Source of the DNA: Hyphomicrobiales bacterium | Lineage (GTDB): Bacteria; Pseudomonadota; Alphaproteobacteria; MED-G09 | Assembly (NCBI GenBank): GCA_028339975.1 | Contig: JAOLDG010000008.1 | Location: 2,154 to 66,153 of the forward strand | Reading direction: 5' to 3' | Length of the DNA: 64,000 nt | Shown: one piece after another, positions 36,040-45,552 of the stretch | How positions within the stretch are numbered: the first letter of the stretch is position 1 | How the letters are laid out: the number at the start of each line of letters is the position of its first letter | Notes under the pieces: model-generated | Databases searched by the model: none | What the model was told of the DNA's origin: nothing | Seen by the model: only the letters and a program-made list of their open reading frames with translations | Position numbers and translations under genes: made by a program

Positions 36040-37164
36040 ATGGATCAAATTGTAATTAGTGGTACAGGTGTTTTTACACCAGAAGAGTCAATTACAAACA
36101 AAGAATTGGTAAAAGCTTATAATACATATGCTGACATTTATAATTCAACAAATAAGAGCGATATAAGCCAAGGAAATAAAGTTGCTTTAGAGCTATCAAG
36201 TGAAGAATTTATTTATAAAGCATCAGGAATAAAAAATCGATATGTGATGGATAAGACTGGTATTCTTGATCCTAACATTATGCACCCAATTTTAAAAAAA
36301 AGAAGTAATGCCGAGCCTTCAATTCTTGCTGAAATGTCTGTAAAGGCTGCAAAAAAAGCTATGGAAAGTGCTGGAAAAACATCCAGTGATATTGATGCGG
36401 TTATCACCGCATGTTCAAACCTTGAAAGAGCATATCCTGCTATCTCTATCGAGGTTCAGGAGTTACTAGGAATAAAAGGTTTTGCTTTTGATATGAATGT
36501 AGCCTGTTCATCAGCCACTTTTGCAATACAAGCAGCTGCAGATATGATCAGGTCCGGAAGCGCTAAAACTATTTTAATAGTAGATCCTGAAATTTGCTCT
36601 GGACATTTAGATTTTAAAGATCGCGATTGTCATTTTATCTTTGGTGATGTCTGTACTGCTATGATACTCGAAAATAAAGAAACAGCTAATTCAAATAATT
36701 CTTTTGAAATATTATCAACGAAATGTGTTACTCAATTTTCAAATAATATAAGAAATAATTCTGGATTTTTAAATAATGCAAAAAAATCTACACCTCTAGA
36801 TAGAGATCTTTTATTTATGCAGGAGGGTAGGAAGGTTTTTAAAGAAGTTGTTCCTATGGTAAGCCAACTTATTACCGATCATATTAAAGAAGAAAAAATC
36901 AACGTAGAGAATATAAAAAGATTATGGCTTCATCAGGCTAATAAAAGTATGAATGATTTTATTGGAAAAAAGGTTTTAGGAAGAGTTCCAGAGGATCATG
37001 AGCAACCAAACATATTACAAGATTATGCAAACACATCGTCAGCGGGTTCAATAATAGCATTCTCTTTTTATAGCAAAGACATGAAAAGTGATGAAATTGG
37101 AGTTTTATGTTCTTTTGGAGCAGGGTATTCAGCTGGAAGTATAATTCTCAAGAAAATATCTTAA
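36040..37164 (+). CDS. 3-oxoacyl-ACP synthase III (FabH-like KAS III) family protein
   Basis: Has the active-site Cys context ACSSATFAIQAA, HQAN, and a C-terminal GAGYSAG. Its 374 aa are longer than canonical FabH. Confidence 0.7.
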   Translation: MDQIVISGTGVFTPEESITNKELVKAYNTYADIYNSTNKSDISQGNKVALELSSEEFIYKASGIKNRYVMDKTGILDPNIMHPILKKRSNAEPSILAEMSVKAAKKAMESAGKTSSDIDAVITACSNLERAYPAISIEVQELLGIKGFAFDMNVACSSATFAIQAAADMIRSGSAKTILIVDPEICSGHLDFKDRDCHFIFGDVCTAMILENKETANSNNSFEILSTKCVTQFSNNIRNNSGFLNNAKKSTPLDRDLLFMQEGRKVFKEVVPMVSQLITDHIKEEKINVENIKRLWLHQANKSMNDFIGKKVLGRVPEDHEQPNILQDYANTSSAGSIIAFSFYSKDMKSDEIGVLCSFGAGYSAGSIILKKIS

Positions 37165-37248
37165 TTTTTAGAGTTTAAAGAGTAACTTTTAAATTTCATT
37201 ATTGTTAAATAAGTTTGATTTAATTTTAGAACGCCTTATTATTAAATT

Positions 37249-37659
37249 ATGGATTTTAAATTTACAAAAATTACGAAAGGTCTTCACTGGACAACAGTTT
37301 CAAGCGAGAAAGTTCTTCTAGCTATTATTGGAATAGCAACTTGTATAGCCGCAGGTCAATATTTAATTTCAATGTATGAAGCAAGGGAGATTCAATTAGC
37401 TGATCTCTTTTTGTTGTTTATTTATGTTGAGATAATAGGAATGGTTGGGGCTTTTTATAGCACCAATAGAATTCCAGTCACTCTTCCAATTATTATTGCA
37501 ATAACAGCCCTTTGCCGATTAATTATTATGCAAAGTAAAGATATGGATGCTTTAATGCTGGTTGGAGAGGCAGCGGCAATACTAATTTTATCTATATCTG
37601 CATATATTATGAGCCTAAAAGATAAGTTGAGCCTTGAAAAAAAGAAAGATACTAAATAA
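37249..37659 (+). CDS. PsiE-family (phosphate-starvation-inducible) membrane protein
   Basis: A 136-aa 4-TM protein that aligns to E. coli PsiE (ADLFLLFIYVEIIGMVGAFY...IIIAITALCRLIIMQSKD). Confidence 0.55.
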   Translation: MDFKFTKITKGLHWTTVSSEKVLLAIIGIATCIAAGQYLISMYEAREIQLADLFLLFIYVEIIGMVGAFYSTNRIPVTLPIIIAITALCRLIIMQSKDMDALMLVGEAAAILILSISAYIMSLKDKLSLEKKKDTK

Positions 37660-37697
37660 TAATTAATTCAAATAAAGCTTTATAAATTAGGGATAAA

Positions 37698-38318
37698 ATG
37701 GGGTTTTACGAAAAGTTTATACTTCCTAGATTCTTAAACTGCGCATGCGCATCGAAACCAATTACATTTCAAAGAAATAAAGTTGTTCCTCTAGCCGAGG
37801 GTAAGATCTTAGAAGTTGGAATTGGATCAGGTTTAAATTTACCTTTTTACGATAAATCTAAAGTTGATGAATTGTGGGGTATAGATCCATCAGAAGAACT
37901 TACTTTGATGGCACAGAAAGTTGCTTTAGAGGAGGGTATTGAAGTAAACTTTATTTCATCAGGTGCAGAAGACATTCCTATGCAAGATGAATACTTTGAT
38001 ACTGTTTTAGTTACCTACACTATGTGTACTATTCCAGATGTTTTAAAGGCTAATAAAGAAATTAAAAGAGTTTTAAAAAAAGACGGTAAACTGATTTTTT
38101 GTGAACATGGGTTATCTCCCGATGAAAAAATACAGAAATGGCAAAATAGAATAAATCCCTTCTGGGGTAAAATAGCTGGAGGTTGTAATATCAATAGAAG
38201 TATTCCTCAATTAATAAGAGATTCTGGGTTTGATATTATTGAAATGGAAGAAATGTATCTCCCTAAAACACCTAAAATTGCAGGATATAATTATTGGGGT
38301 TATGCTTTAATAAGCTAA
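37698..38318 (+). CDS. class I SAM-dependent methyltransferase
   Basis: Motif I is LEVGIGSGLN, in a Methyltransf_11-like architecture. Confidence 0.7.
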   Translation: MGFYEKFILPRFLNCACASKPITFQRNKVVPLAEGKILEVGIGSGLNLPFYDKSKVDELWGIDPSEELTLMAQKVALEEGIEVNFISSGAEDIPMQDEYFDTVLVTYTMCTIPDVLKANKEIKRVLKKDGKLIFCEHGLSPDEKIQKWQNRINPFWGKIAGGCNINRSIPQLIRDSGFDIIEMEEMYLPKTPKIAGYNYWGYALIS

Positions 38319-38457
38319 ATTAATATCTATTTTTAAAATGACGATCTAATTTTGACTGGAATGTCACCAGATATCCTAAATAGCGATTTATTATCATCAA
38401 TTTATGAAATGCCTGTTAAGGTTAATAAAGAAACAAATAATATTAGGTATTATTAAT

Positions 38458-39180
38458 ATGAGCATTAAAAAAGCTAAATATGAAAATGAAGCTATTTCTC
38501 TTATGAGATCTAACGATGTGGCAATACTTTCAACATTATCAAAAAAACAAGATGAATATCCATTTGGAAGCTTTGTCACTTACTGCTCTGGGATTGATAG
38601 ATCTATCTATATTTATGCAAGTGATATTGCCGAACACACAAGAAATATTAAGAATAATCCAAAATCTTGTTTAACAATTTTCAAGATTAACAATGAATTT
38701 GATAAGCAAAATAGTCCAAGGCTAAGTATAATGGGAGATTTGAAGAAAGTAAGTGATAGTGAGGTCGAATATTGCAGTGAAAGATTTATTAAATTCCTAC
38801 CTGATAGTAAGGAATATTCTAAGATGCATGACTTTAATTTTTATAAACTAGATACAACTAAAGTTAGATGGATAGGCGGATTTGGTCAAATAGGGTGGCT
38901 AAAAAATGATAATTGGCTGAAGAAAGATTTAGATTGGTTGGGCAAAGAAAAATCAATGCTAAAACATATGAATGAAGGCCATAGCGATTCACTTTCTGCA
39001 GCTTTATGGTCACTTAAGGGTATTAAGGATGATAAATCAAAAATATTAGCGATTTGTATTGATGGTTATTACGTCCAATCAAATGAAGATATTTATTTTA
39101 TTCAATTTGAGGATATATCCTTTACCTCAGCTGAAATTAAAGATTCTTTAGTTATTCATGCTAAAATGTTTAAACATTAA
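38458..39180 (+). CDS. HugZ-like heme-utilisation protein (PNPOx-like FMN-binding fold plus DUF2470)
   Basis: Has an N-terminal pyridoxamine-5'-phosphate-oxidase-like split barrel (AILSTLSKKQDEYPFGSFVTY) and a C-terminal DUF2470-like region. The start is chosen at the Met at 38458. Confidence 0.55.
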   Translation: MSIKKAKYENEAISLMRSNDVAILSTLSKKQDEYPFGSFVTYCSGIDRSIYIYASDIAEHTRNIKNNPKSCLTIFKINNEFDKQNSPRLSIMGDLKKVSDSEVEYCSERFIKFLPDSKEYSKMHDFNFYKLDTTKVRWIGGFGQIGWLKNDNWLKKDLDWLGKEKSMLKHMNEGHSDSLSAALWSLKGIKDDKSKILAICIDGYYVQSNEDIYFIQFEDISFTSAEIKDSLVIHAKMFKH

Positions 39181-39191
39181 CGTTCTTATTT

Positions 39192-39638
39192 TTATTTATT
39201 ATTCCCTCTGATTAAGAAAAATAATCCTAGTACCAATAAAAAAAGTTGTTCACTTGCAAATAAAACCGCACCTCTTTCGCCAATAAAAATACTCCAATGA
39301 GAGTGGCCTATAAATAAAGCATTTATCATAATAATTACTATAGTTAATGCTGAAAATCTTGTTATTAAATTTCCTAAAGTTGAAGATCTTAATGATAAAA
39401 TCCCCCCTATAATCAAACCTAATCCAGACAATATTTCGGCCCAAGCTACAATATAAGCGGATATGTTGGAAAACGGAACTCCCTTTGAGGACAAGAAGTC
39501 AATAAATCCCTGGCTAATTGGTATTTTACCATAACCATGCAAGAAAAAAGATATACCAAGGCAAAACTGGACTAAAAGTTTAACAAAATAGTCTAGGGGA
39601 GAGGTTGCTTTATTTAAAAAGTTATTAATTTTTTCCAT
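39192..39638 (-). CDS. DoxX family membrane protein
   Basis: Has 4 TM helices and a DoxX-like pattern (FLHGYGKI...AWAEILSGLGLIIG). Confidence 0.6.
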   Translation of the reverse strand: MEKINNFLNKATSPLDYFVKLLVQFCLGISFFLHGYGKIPISQGFIDFLSSKGVPFSNISAYIVAWAEILSGLGLIIGGILSLRSSTLGNLITRFSALTIVIIMINALFIGHSHWSIFIGERGAVLFASEQLFLLVLGLFFLIRGNNK

Positions 39639-39732
39639 AATTTTCCTCGAATATATAAATAATATGTATAAACTATTTTATTATAAAATATTAACAACAA
39701 AAATAACTATATTTTTTTAATCTAATCAATTC

Positions 39733-40704
39733 ATGAGATCATTAATGTCCTTTTTCAAAAAAAATAACTCTTTTTTCATAAGTCTATCCGCCTCTATACT
39801 ATTTTTTATTGGTTATTTTATTTTAGGTAGTGCCGGTCTTATAACAACTCTTGAGCCCCAGGAATCAATTGGTGATATTTCTCGTTGGTGTGAGAGGGTT
39901 AGTTCGGGCATCTTTAGGGAGCCAGTTAATGCCCTTAGTAATTTGGGTTTTATGTTCATTGGTTTGTTAATTTTTTGGACTTTATCAAAAGATAAAGAGG
40001 GTAATGAGAACCAATTCATTGGCCTGACAACTATCTCAATTTTATATGCAAGTGTAGTAATTTTCTTAGGACCTGGATCGTTACTAATGCATGGTACTCA
40101 TTCATATTGGGGTCAGTGGATTGATAACGTTAGTATGGTTATGTTTATAATTTTACCCTGGCTATTAAATATTAAGCACCTTGCTCGATGGACGGATAAG
40201 ACTTTTTTTGCAACCTACGTCTCAATAGTTATTTCCTTCTCTTTGTTAAGTTGGTTTTTTGGTACCAATATGGGAATTAATCTTGATTTATTCGGAGTCT
40301 CTATTGCTTTATGGGTAATTTCAGAAATTTTATATAGATTTTGGTCACCTTCTCTTAGAGTCTTATCAGGATTTGTCGGCTTTTTCGTTGCTGCAATTTT
40401 TGGAATAATGCCATCGGAAATATTTGGTAATTTAACTGAATACTGGTGGATTATCCTTTTTTGGCTTCCCGCCTTATTTTCTTCAAACAAACCAATGACT
40501 ATAAGAGTCTATTCTCCCTGGTTTTTTTTAGGAATGGGGACTTACATGCTTGCTTTCGTTATATGGCTTCAAGGGTATCCAGGCACAAAGCTATGCAATC
40601 CAGATTCCCTTATTCAACCACATGGAATTTGGCATTTACTAACTGCCTTTTCTACTTTATGCTTTTTTAAATTCTTTAGAACTGAAAAATTAATCACAAA
40701 ATAA
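39733..40704 (+). CDS. alkaline ceramidase-family membrane hydrolase (putative)
   Basis: Has the RWCE...REPVNALSNLGF motif (ceramidase WCE...EP.N..SN..F) and a C-terminal HGIWHL (H..WH), with 7 TM helices. Confidence 0.5.
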   Translation: MRSLMSFFKKNNSFFISLSASILFFIGYFILGSAGLITTLEPQESIGDISRWCERVSSGIFREPVNALSNLGFMFIGLLIFWTLSKDKEGNENQFIGLTTISILYASVVIFLGPGSLLMHGTHSYWGQWIDNVSMVMFIILPWLLNIKHLARWTDKTFFATYVSIVISFSLLSWFFGTNMGINLDLFGVSIALWVISEILYRFWSPSLRVLSGFVGFFVAAIFGIMPSEIFGNLTEYWWIILFWLPALFSSNKPMTIRVYSPWFFLGMGTYMLAFVIWLQGYPGTKLCNPDSLIQPHGIWHLLTAFSTLCFFKFFRTEKLITK

Positions 40705-40774
40705 ATATGACAAAATAAAGCTTTCATTATTGTTAATAATTTGCTGTATATGTTTATAAAAAAGAGGTGTTTAT

Positions 40775-42229
40775 ATGTCTGATGTAGGAATTTCATCAAT
40801 TGCCGGATACTTACCGCGCCTAAGATTATCAAAAAAGTCTGTTTCCCAAGCAAATGCTTGGTTAGCTCCAAATTTAGTTGGTAAAGGCAAAGGTACTCGG
40901 GCTATGGCTAATTGGGATGAAGATAGTGTAACAATGTCTGTGGAGGCAATTAGACGAATTTTAGGCACGAATGATGATAGATCTCATGTTGATAGTCTTT
41001 TCTTTGCTTCTACAACCATGCCTTTTAGTGATCGTTTAAATTCAGGAATTATTAGAGCAGCATTAACCCTTGAAGAGCAAACAGAATGTATAGATATTGC
41101 TTCAACTCTAAAATCAGGAACATCTGCCTTAATTCAAGCCTTAGATAAGGTTAAAAGTGGTAATAGTAAATATTCAATAGTTTCTGCAGCCGATAAGAGA
41201 AAGGCGAGGGCAGCAAGCCCTCAGGAGCTTGACTTTGGTGATGCCTCAGTAGCCTTGTCCGTTGATACAGATAATTTGATAGCAAAATACATTAATAGTT
41301 CATCATTAAGTATTGATTTTATTGATCATTTTCGTCAACCAGGTGAAGAATTTGATTATAATTGGGAAGAGCGATGGATTCGTGACGAAGGGTTTTTAAA
41401 AATCGTACCCAAAGCTATTAATGATTTATTTGATAAAACTGATATTGATGGCTCTGAAATTGATCATTTTATTATCCCTAGTGTTTTTCCAAGGGTTGAT
41501 CAGATGATTGCTAAAAAATGTGGCATTGATCCTGATAAGGTAGTTGGTAACATGGCTCTTACTGTTGGAAATACAGGATCAGCTCACTCTTTATTAATGC
41601 TAGCCTCGGTTTTAGAAAGGGCAAAGCCTGGAGAAAAAATACTTGTTTGTAGTTTTGGCAATGGCTCGGATGCAATACTTTTTGAGACAACCGATAATAT
41701 AAAAAACTTTAAACCTCATCAAACAATTGAAAATCTTATTGAGACCGGTGTTGAAGAGAATAATTATTTAAAATATTTAACTTTTAATGATCTTGTTAAG
41801 TGGGAAAAGGGTATGCGAGGCGAACAAGATCGTAAAACAGCCCTAACAACTCTTTATCGTCATAATGATGCAATAATGGGTCTAGTTGGGGGTAAATGTT
41901 CAAAAACTGGTACAATTCAATACCCTGCATCACCAATATCTGTAAGTCCAAATAGTCCTGAATTAAATACACAACAGCCTTATAAGTTTGCTGAAAGGAA
42001 GGCCAAGATTTTATCCTGGTCTGCTGATTACCTATCCTTTTCTATAAATCCCCCTAATCATTATGGTGTAGTTGATTTTGAGGGCGGTGGAAGGATTATG
42101 ATTGATTTTACTGATATTGAAAAAGGTGAAATTGATTCAGGAATGGAAGTAAAAATGGTTTTCAGAGTAAAAATTGTTGATGACATAAGGGGTTTTACTA
42201 GATATTTCTGGAAAGCAATTCCAGTTTAA
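40775..42229 (+). CDS. HMG-CoA-synthase-like condensing-enzyme domain fused to a DUF35 OB-fold/zinc-ribbon domain
   Basis: The N-terminus has the thiolase fold with a GYLPRLRLS start typical of HMGS/FabH-like initiators. The C-terminal ~130 aa carry the DUF35 pattern (CSKTGTIQYPASPIS ... GVVDFEGGGRIMIDFTD). Confidence 0.55.
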   Translation: MSDVGISSIAGYLPRLRLSKKSVSQANAWLAPNLVGKGKGTRAMANWDEDSVTMSVEAIRRILGTNDDRSHVDSLFFASTTMPFSDRLNSGIIRAALTLEEQTECIDIASTLKSGTSALIQALDKVKSGNSKYSIVSAADKRKARAASPQELDFGDASVALSVDTDNLIAKYINSSSLSIDFIDHFRQPGEEFDYNWEERWIRDEGFLKIVPKAINDLFDKTDIDGSEIDHFIIPSVFPRVDQMIAKKCGIDPDKVVGNMALTVGNTGSAHSLLMLASVLERAKPGEKILVCSFGNGSDAILFETTDNIKNFKPHQTIENLIETGVEENNYLKYLTFNDLVKWEKGMRGEQDRKTALTTLYRHNDAIMGLVGGKCSKTGTIQYPASPISVSPNSPELNTQQPYKFAERKAKILSWSADYLSFSINPPNHYGVVDFEGGGRIMIDFTDIEKGEIDSGMEVKMVFRVKIVDDIRGFTRYFWKAIPV

Positions 42230-42263
42230 TAATTTAAGTTTTTATACTATAGTTAATAAAAAA

Positions 42264-43478
42264 ATGGAGAGTTCTATGGCTACTGGCATTAGAGATAAGG
42301 TTGCAATACTTGGTATGGGGTGTTCTAAATTTGGAGAACGTTGGGATGCAAGTCCTGAAGACTTAATGGTTGAGTCTTATGTTGAAGCTATGGATGATGC
42401 TGGAATTGAGCCAAATCAACTTGACGCAGCATGGTTCTCTCATCATATAGATGATATTGGAGCAGGTAAGGGAGGAACCCCTATGTCGATAGCCCTAAGG
42501 CTTCCTAATATTGCCGTTACAAGAGTTGAAAACTATTGTGCCTCTGGCTCTGAAGCTTTTAGAGGAGCTGTATACGCTGTAGCTGCAGGTGCTGCGGATA
42601 TTGCTATCGCCGTTGGAATGGAAAAACTTAAAGATACTGGTTTTGGTGGTTTGTCGCCAACAAATTACGGAACTCTTACGCCACAAATTGGTCCATCAGG
42701 TTCTGCACCAGGGAATTTTGCTCAACTAGCAACTGCCTATAGAGCCAAACATAATGTTTCTGCCGAAGACTTGAAAAGAGCGATTGCTCATGTATCAGTT
42801 AAAAGTCATGCAAATGGAGCAAAAAATCCAAAAGCTCACCTTCAGAAAGTTGTTACTGAAGAGCAAGTTCTTAATGCACCAATGATCGCTGAGCCTTTAG
42901 GCTTATTTGATTGCTGTGGTGTTTCAGATGGAGCTGCCGCCGCAATTGTTACTACTCCAGAAATAGCCAGAAGCTTAGGTAAAGATAATTTGATTTCTGT
43001 TAAAGCTCTTCAGCTTTCAGTTTCGAACGGTTTAGAAAATCAACATAATAGTTGGGATGGTTCTTATTTTCATACTGTGAGGATTGCTGCTAAAAAGGCT
43101 TATGCTGAAGCTGGAATTACAAAGCCTCGTGAACAAGTTTCAATGATGGAGGTTCATGATTGTTTTTCAGTGACTGAGCTTGTTACCATGGAAGATCTCT
43201 TTATTTCAGAAGAAGGTGCTGCAGTAAAAGATGTTATGGATGGTTTTTACGATGCTGATGGTAAGATTCCATGTCAAATTGATGGTGGATTAAAATGTTT
43301 TGGGCATCCAATTGGTGCTTCTGGTCTTAGAATGCTTTATGAGATGTATCTGCAGCTGCAGGGTAAGGCCGGGCCAAGGCAATTAGCAAATCCATCAATT
43401 GGCCTAACGCATAATTTAGGTGGCCAACCAGCTAATAATGTTTGCTCTATTGCTATCATTGGTGCTCACGACGCCTAG
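42264..43478 (+). CDS. SCP-x-type thiolase (nonspecific lipid-transfer protein / propanoyl-CoA C-acyltransferase-like)
   Basis: Has the thiolase active-site Cys context (VENYCASGSEAF) and a C-terminal GHPIGASG. It is a frequent partner of DUF35 proteins. Confidence 0.7.
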   Translation: MESSMATGIRDKVAILGMGCSKFGERWDASPEDLMVESYVEAMDDAGIEPNQLDAAWFSHHIDDIGAGKGGTPMSIALRLPNIAVTRVENYCASGSEAFRGAVYAVAAGAADIAIAVGMEKLKDTGFGGLSPTNYGTLTPQIGPSGSAPGNFAQLATAYRAKHNVSAEDLKRAIAHVSVKSHANGAKNPKAHLQKVVTEEQVLNAPMIAEPLGLFDCCGVSDGAAAAIVTTPEIARSLGKDNLISVKALQLSVSNGLENQHNSWDGSYFHTVRIAAKKAYAEAGITKPREQVSMMEVHDCFSVTELVTMEDLFISEEGAAVKDVMDGFYDADGKIPCQIDGGLKCFGHPIGASGLRMLYEMYLQLQGKAGPRQLANPSIGLTHNLGGQPANNVCSIAIIGAHDA

Positions 43479-43849
43479 GGTTTATTTTTTTCATCTAAAA
43501 AGCTCGAATAATTTGGTTGATCAATCTCAAGTTTTTCCATTGTTGTTTTAAATAAATGATCGATTAACTCGTTATTATCGATATCAATATTATTATTATC
43601 TATCTTTGAGCAAAGAATTTTATTCATTTCCTTAATTGTTTTGTCAGTTTTTAGGATTTTTGATAATCGATCTTTTTCTTTCTCACTAGAGACCTCTTCT
43701 AGTTTGAGTTGTCTAAGAACTATATTTAACGAATTTTTAGCAACATGAGCATGGAATCTTTTTTGCCCTTTTAATTCTTGAATGATGTCATTTTCTAAAA
43801 ATTCAATAATCGAAACAATTAGATCCTCTTTTGAAGGTGGATTAATCAT
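43475..43849 (-). CDS. hypothetical protein, coupled to the phosphotransferase gene
   Basis: 124 aa. The start overlaps the upstream APH-family gene by 8 nt. Confidence 0.35.
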   Translation of the reverse strand: MINPPSKEDLIVSIIEFLENDIIQELKGQKRFHAHVAKNSLNIVLRQLKLEEVSSEKEKDRLSKILKTDKTIKEMNKILCSKIDNNNIDIDNNELIDHLFKTTMEKLEIDQPNYSSFLDEKNKP

Positions 43850-44900
43850 TGTCTTGCTCCCTAGTTATCAATCTTAAAAGATCTATTTCTGTTTCTGATA
43901 CTCTTCTTCCAATTGAAGCTCTATCAACACTTCTATCGTAACCAGAATTATATATATTATACATTTTTAAACACATAATACCCCACTTTAAACTACCCAT
44001 AACTTCCCAGAATTTTAAAGAATCTTTGTTAAGTGTTTTTCCAGATATTTTTTGATAGGATTTATAAAAATCAATTCTTTTTCCAAACCCACCAACAGGT
44101 AGTTTTATTTTTCCAAATCGCCAACTATTCACACACATCCAGGCCAAGTCTTCATGCATATCACCTACATGAAGTAACTCCCAGTCAAGAACAGATGTAA
44201 TTCCCTTGTTGGGAGATACTAGTATATTGCCATTTCGAAAGTCCCCATGAAGAAGGCTCTTCTCATTGTCTTTGTTAGGAAGGTTATCTTCTAGCCATTT
44301 AAATGCCATATTGAAGACCGGAATGCTTAAAGAGAAATCTTTATAAACTTCTCTATATTTTATTAGTTCATCATTTGCCATTGAGGTATTCAAATTTTTA
44401 ATTTGAGAAAAGGGAATTGAGTGAATTTTAGCTAATATACTACCAGCCTGTGAGGCTAGGCTTGGATTTAATTCATGTATTTGAGTGTTTTGAACTATTT
44501 TATTTCCAAGTGACATTCCCTCAACAAATTCCATAAAAAATCCCTCACCAAGAATTGACTTATTATTTAATTTATAGATAATTTTAGGTACCGGAATGTT
44601 ATTGTTATATGCAATTTCCATTACCGATGCCTCTATTGATAAAGACAGAGGAGGGTATAGGTTGCTTTTGTCTTTAATGCCTGAATGATGGCGCCTTAGG
44701 ATGATTTTTTCTTCTTTATTGTTATCAAAGTAGTTAATTACCAAGGTTTCATTACTAGAACCTCCTGGAAGTTTTCCAATTTTTGATATTGAATTAAACT
44801 TTCTATCCTTATGAATTAAATATTCTTTAATCTGAAATTTTTTATCATTCATATTTATCAGTTTTGTAATAGTTTTTAATATAATCATTTTATGGTACAA
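43842..44900 (-). CDS. phosphotransferase (APH / choline-kinase-like) family kinase
   Basis: Has the Brenner motif HGDFRNGNILV and DWELLHVGD (the DxD of the APH family). Confidence 0.7.
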   Translation of the reverse strand: MYHKMIILKTITKLINMNDKKFQIKEYLIHKDRKFNSISKIGKLPGGSSNETLVINYFDNNKEEKIILRRHHSGIKDKSNLYPPLSLSIEASVMEIAYNNNIPVPKIIYKLNNKSILGEGFFMEFVEGMSLGNKIVQNTQIHELNPSLASQAGSILAKIHSIPFSQIKNLNTSMANDELIKYREVYKDFSLSIPVFNMAFKWLEDNLPNKDNEKSLLHGDFRNGNILVSPNKGITSVLDWELLHVGDMHEDLAWMCVNSWRFGKIKLPVGGFGKRIDFYKSYQKISGKTLNKDSLKFWEVMGSLKWGIMCLKMYNIYNSGYDRSVDRASIGRRVSETEIDLLRLITREQDND

Positions 44901-44907
44901 ACTAATT

Positions 44908-45552
44908 ATGGCAAAGAATAAAGATTCTAAAATAAAATTAAAACCAAAATTCTTTGGTAAAATTCGAACATATTTCCTAACAGGGATTGTTGTTGCGGCT
45001 CCTATTACAGTTACTGGTTGGGTTACTTTATGGTTTATTCAAGCTGTTGATGGATGGTTTTCTCCATTTGCACCAAACGGTTTTGAAACACTTCCATTAG
45101 GTATACCTGGCTTTGGTATAATTTCAGCTTTTGTTATCCTTACTTTACTTGGCGCCTTAACGACTAATTTTTTTGGTAAATCAATAATTGGATACGGAGA
45201 AAGATTAGTTGATAGACTTCCGGTTATTAGAAATATATATGGTGCTTTAAAACAAATTTTTCAAACAATCGCTTCAAAAAGTGAAAATAATTTTCAACGT
45301 GTTGTAATGCTTGAGTATCCAAAAAAAGATTGCTGGGCAATTGCTTTTGTAACAACAGAAGCAAAAGGTGAGATAGCCGCTAAGCATAAAAAAGAATTAA
45401 TATGTGTATTTTTACCTACCACACCAAATCCTACATCAGGATTTCTTTTGTTCGTTCCTAAAGATGATGTTATCGAGCTCGACATGACGGTAGAAAGTGC
45501 AGCAAAATTAATTATTTCTGCAGGACTAGTTATGCCTGAAAAGATCAATTAG
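44908..45552 (+). CDS. DUF502 family membrane protein
   Basis: The N-terminal FLTGIVVAAPITVTGWV and overall layout match DUF502. Confidence 0.6.
   Translation: MAKNKDSKIKLKPKFFGKIRTYFLTGIVVAAPITVTGWVTLWFIQAVDGWFSPFAPNGFETLPLGIPGFGIISAFVILTLLGALTTNFFGKSIIGYGERLVDRLPVIRNIYGALKQIFQTIASKSENNFQRVVMLEYPKKDCWAIAFVTTEAKGEIAAKHKKELICVFLPTTPNPTSGFLLFVPKDDVIELDMTVESAAKLIISAGLVMPEKIN

Noticed and set aside
40215-40968. Cluster of short overlapping track ORFs around the ceramidase 3' end and the HMGS-like 5' end
   Set aside because: All are nested in or antisense to longer conserved-motif ORFs, and are AT-rich chance frames.
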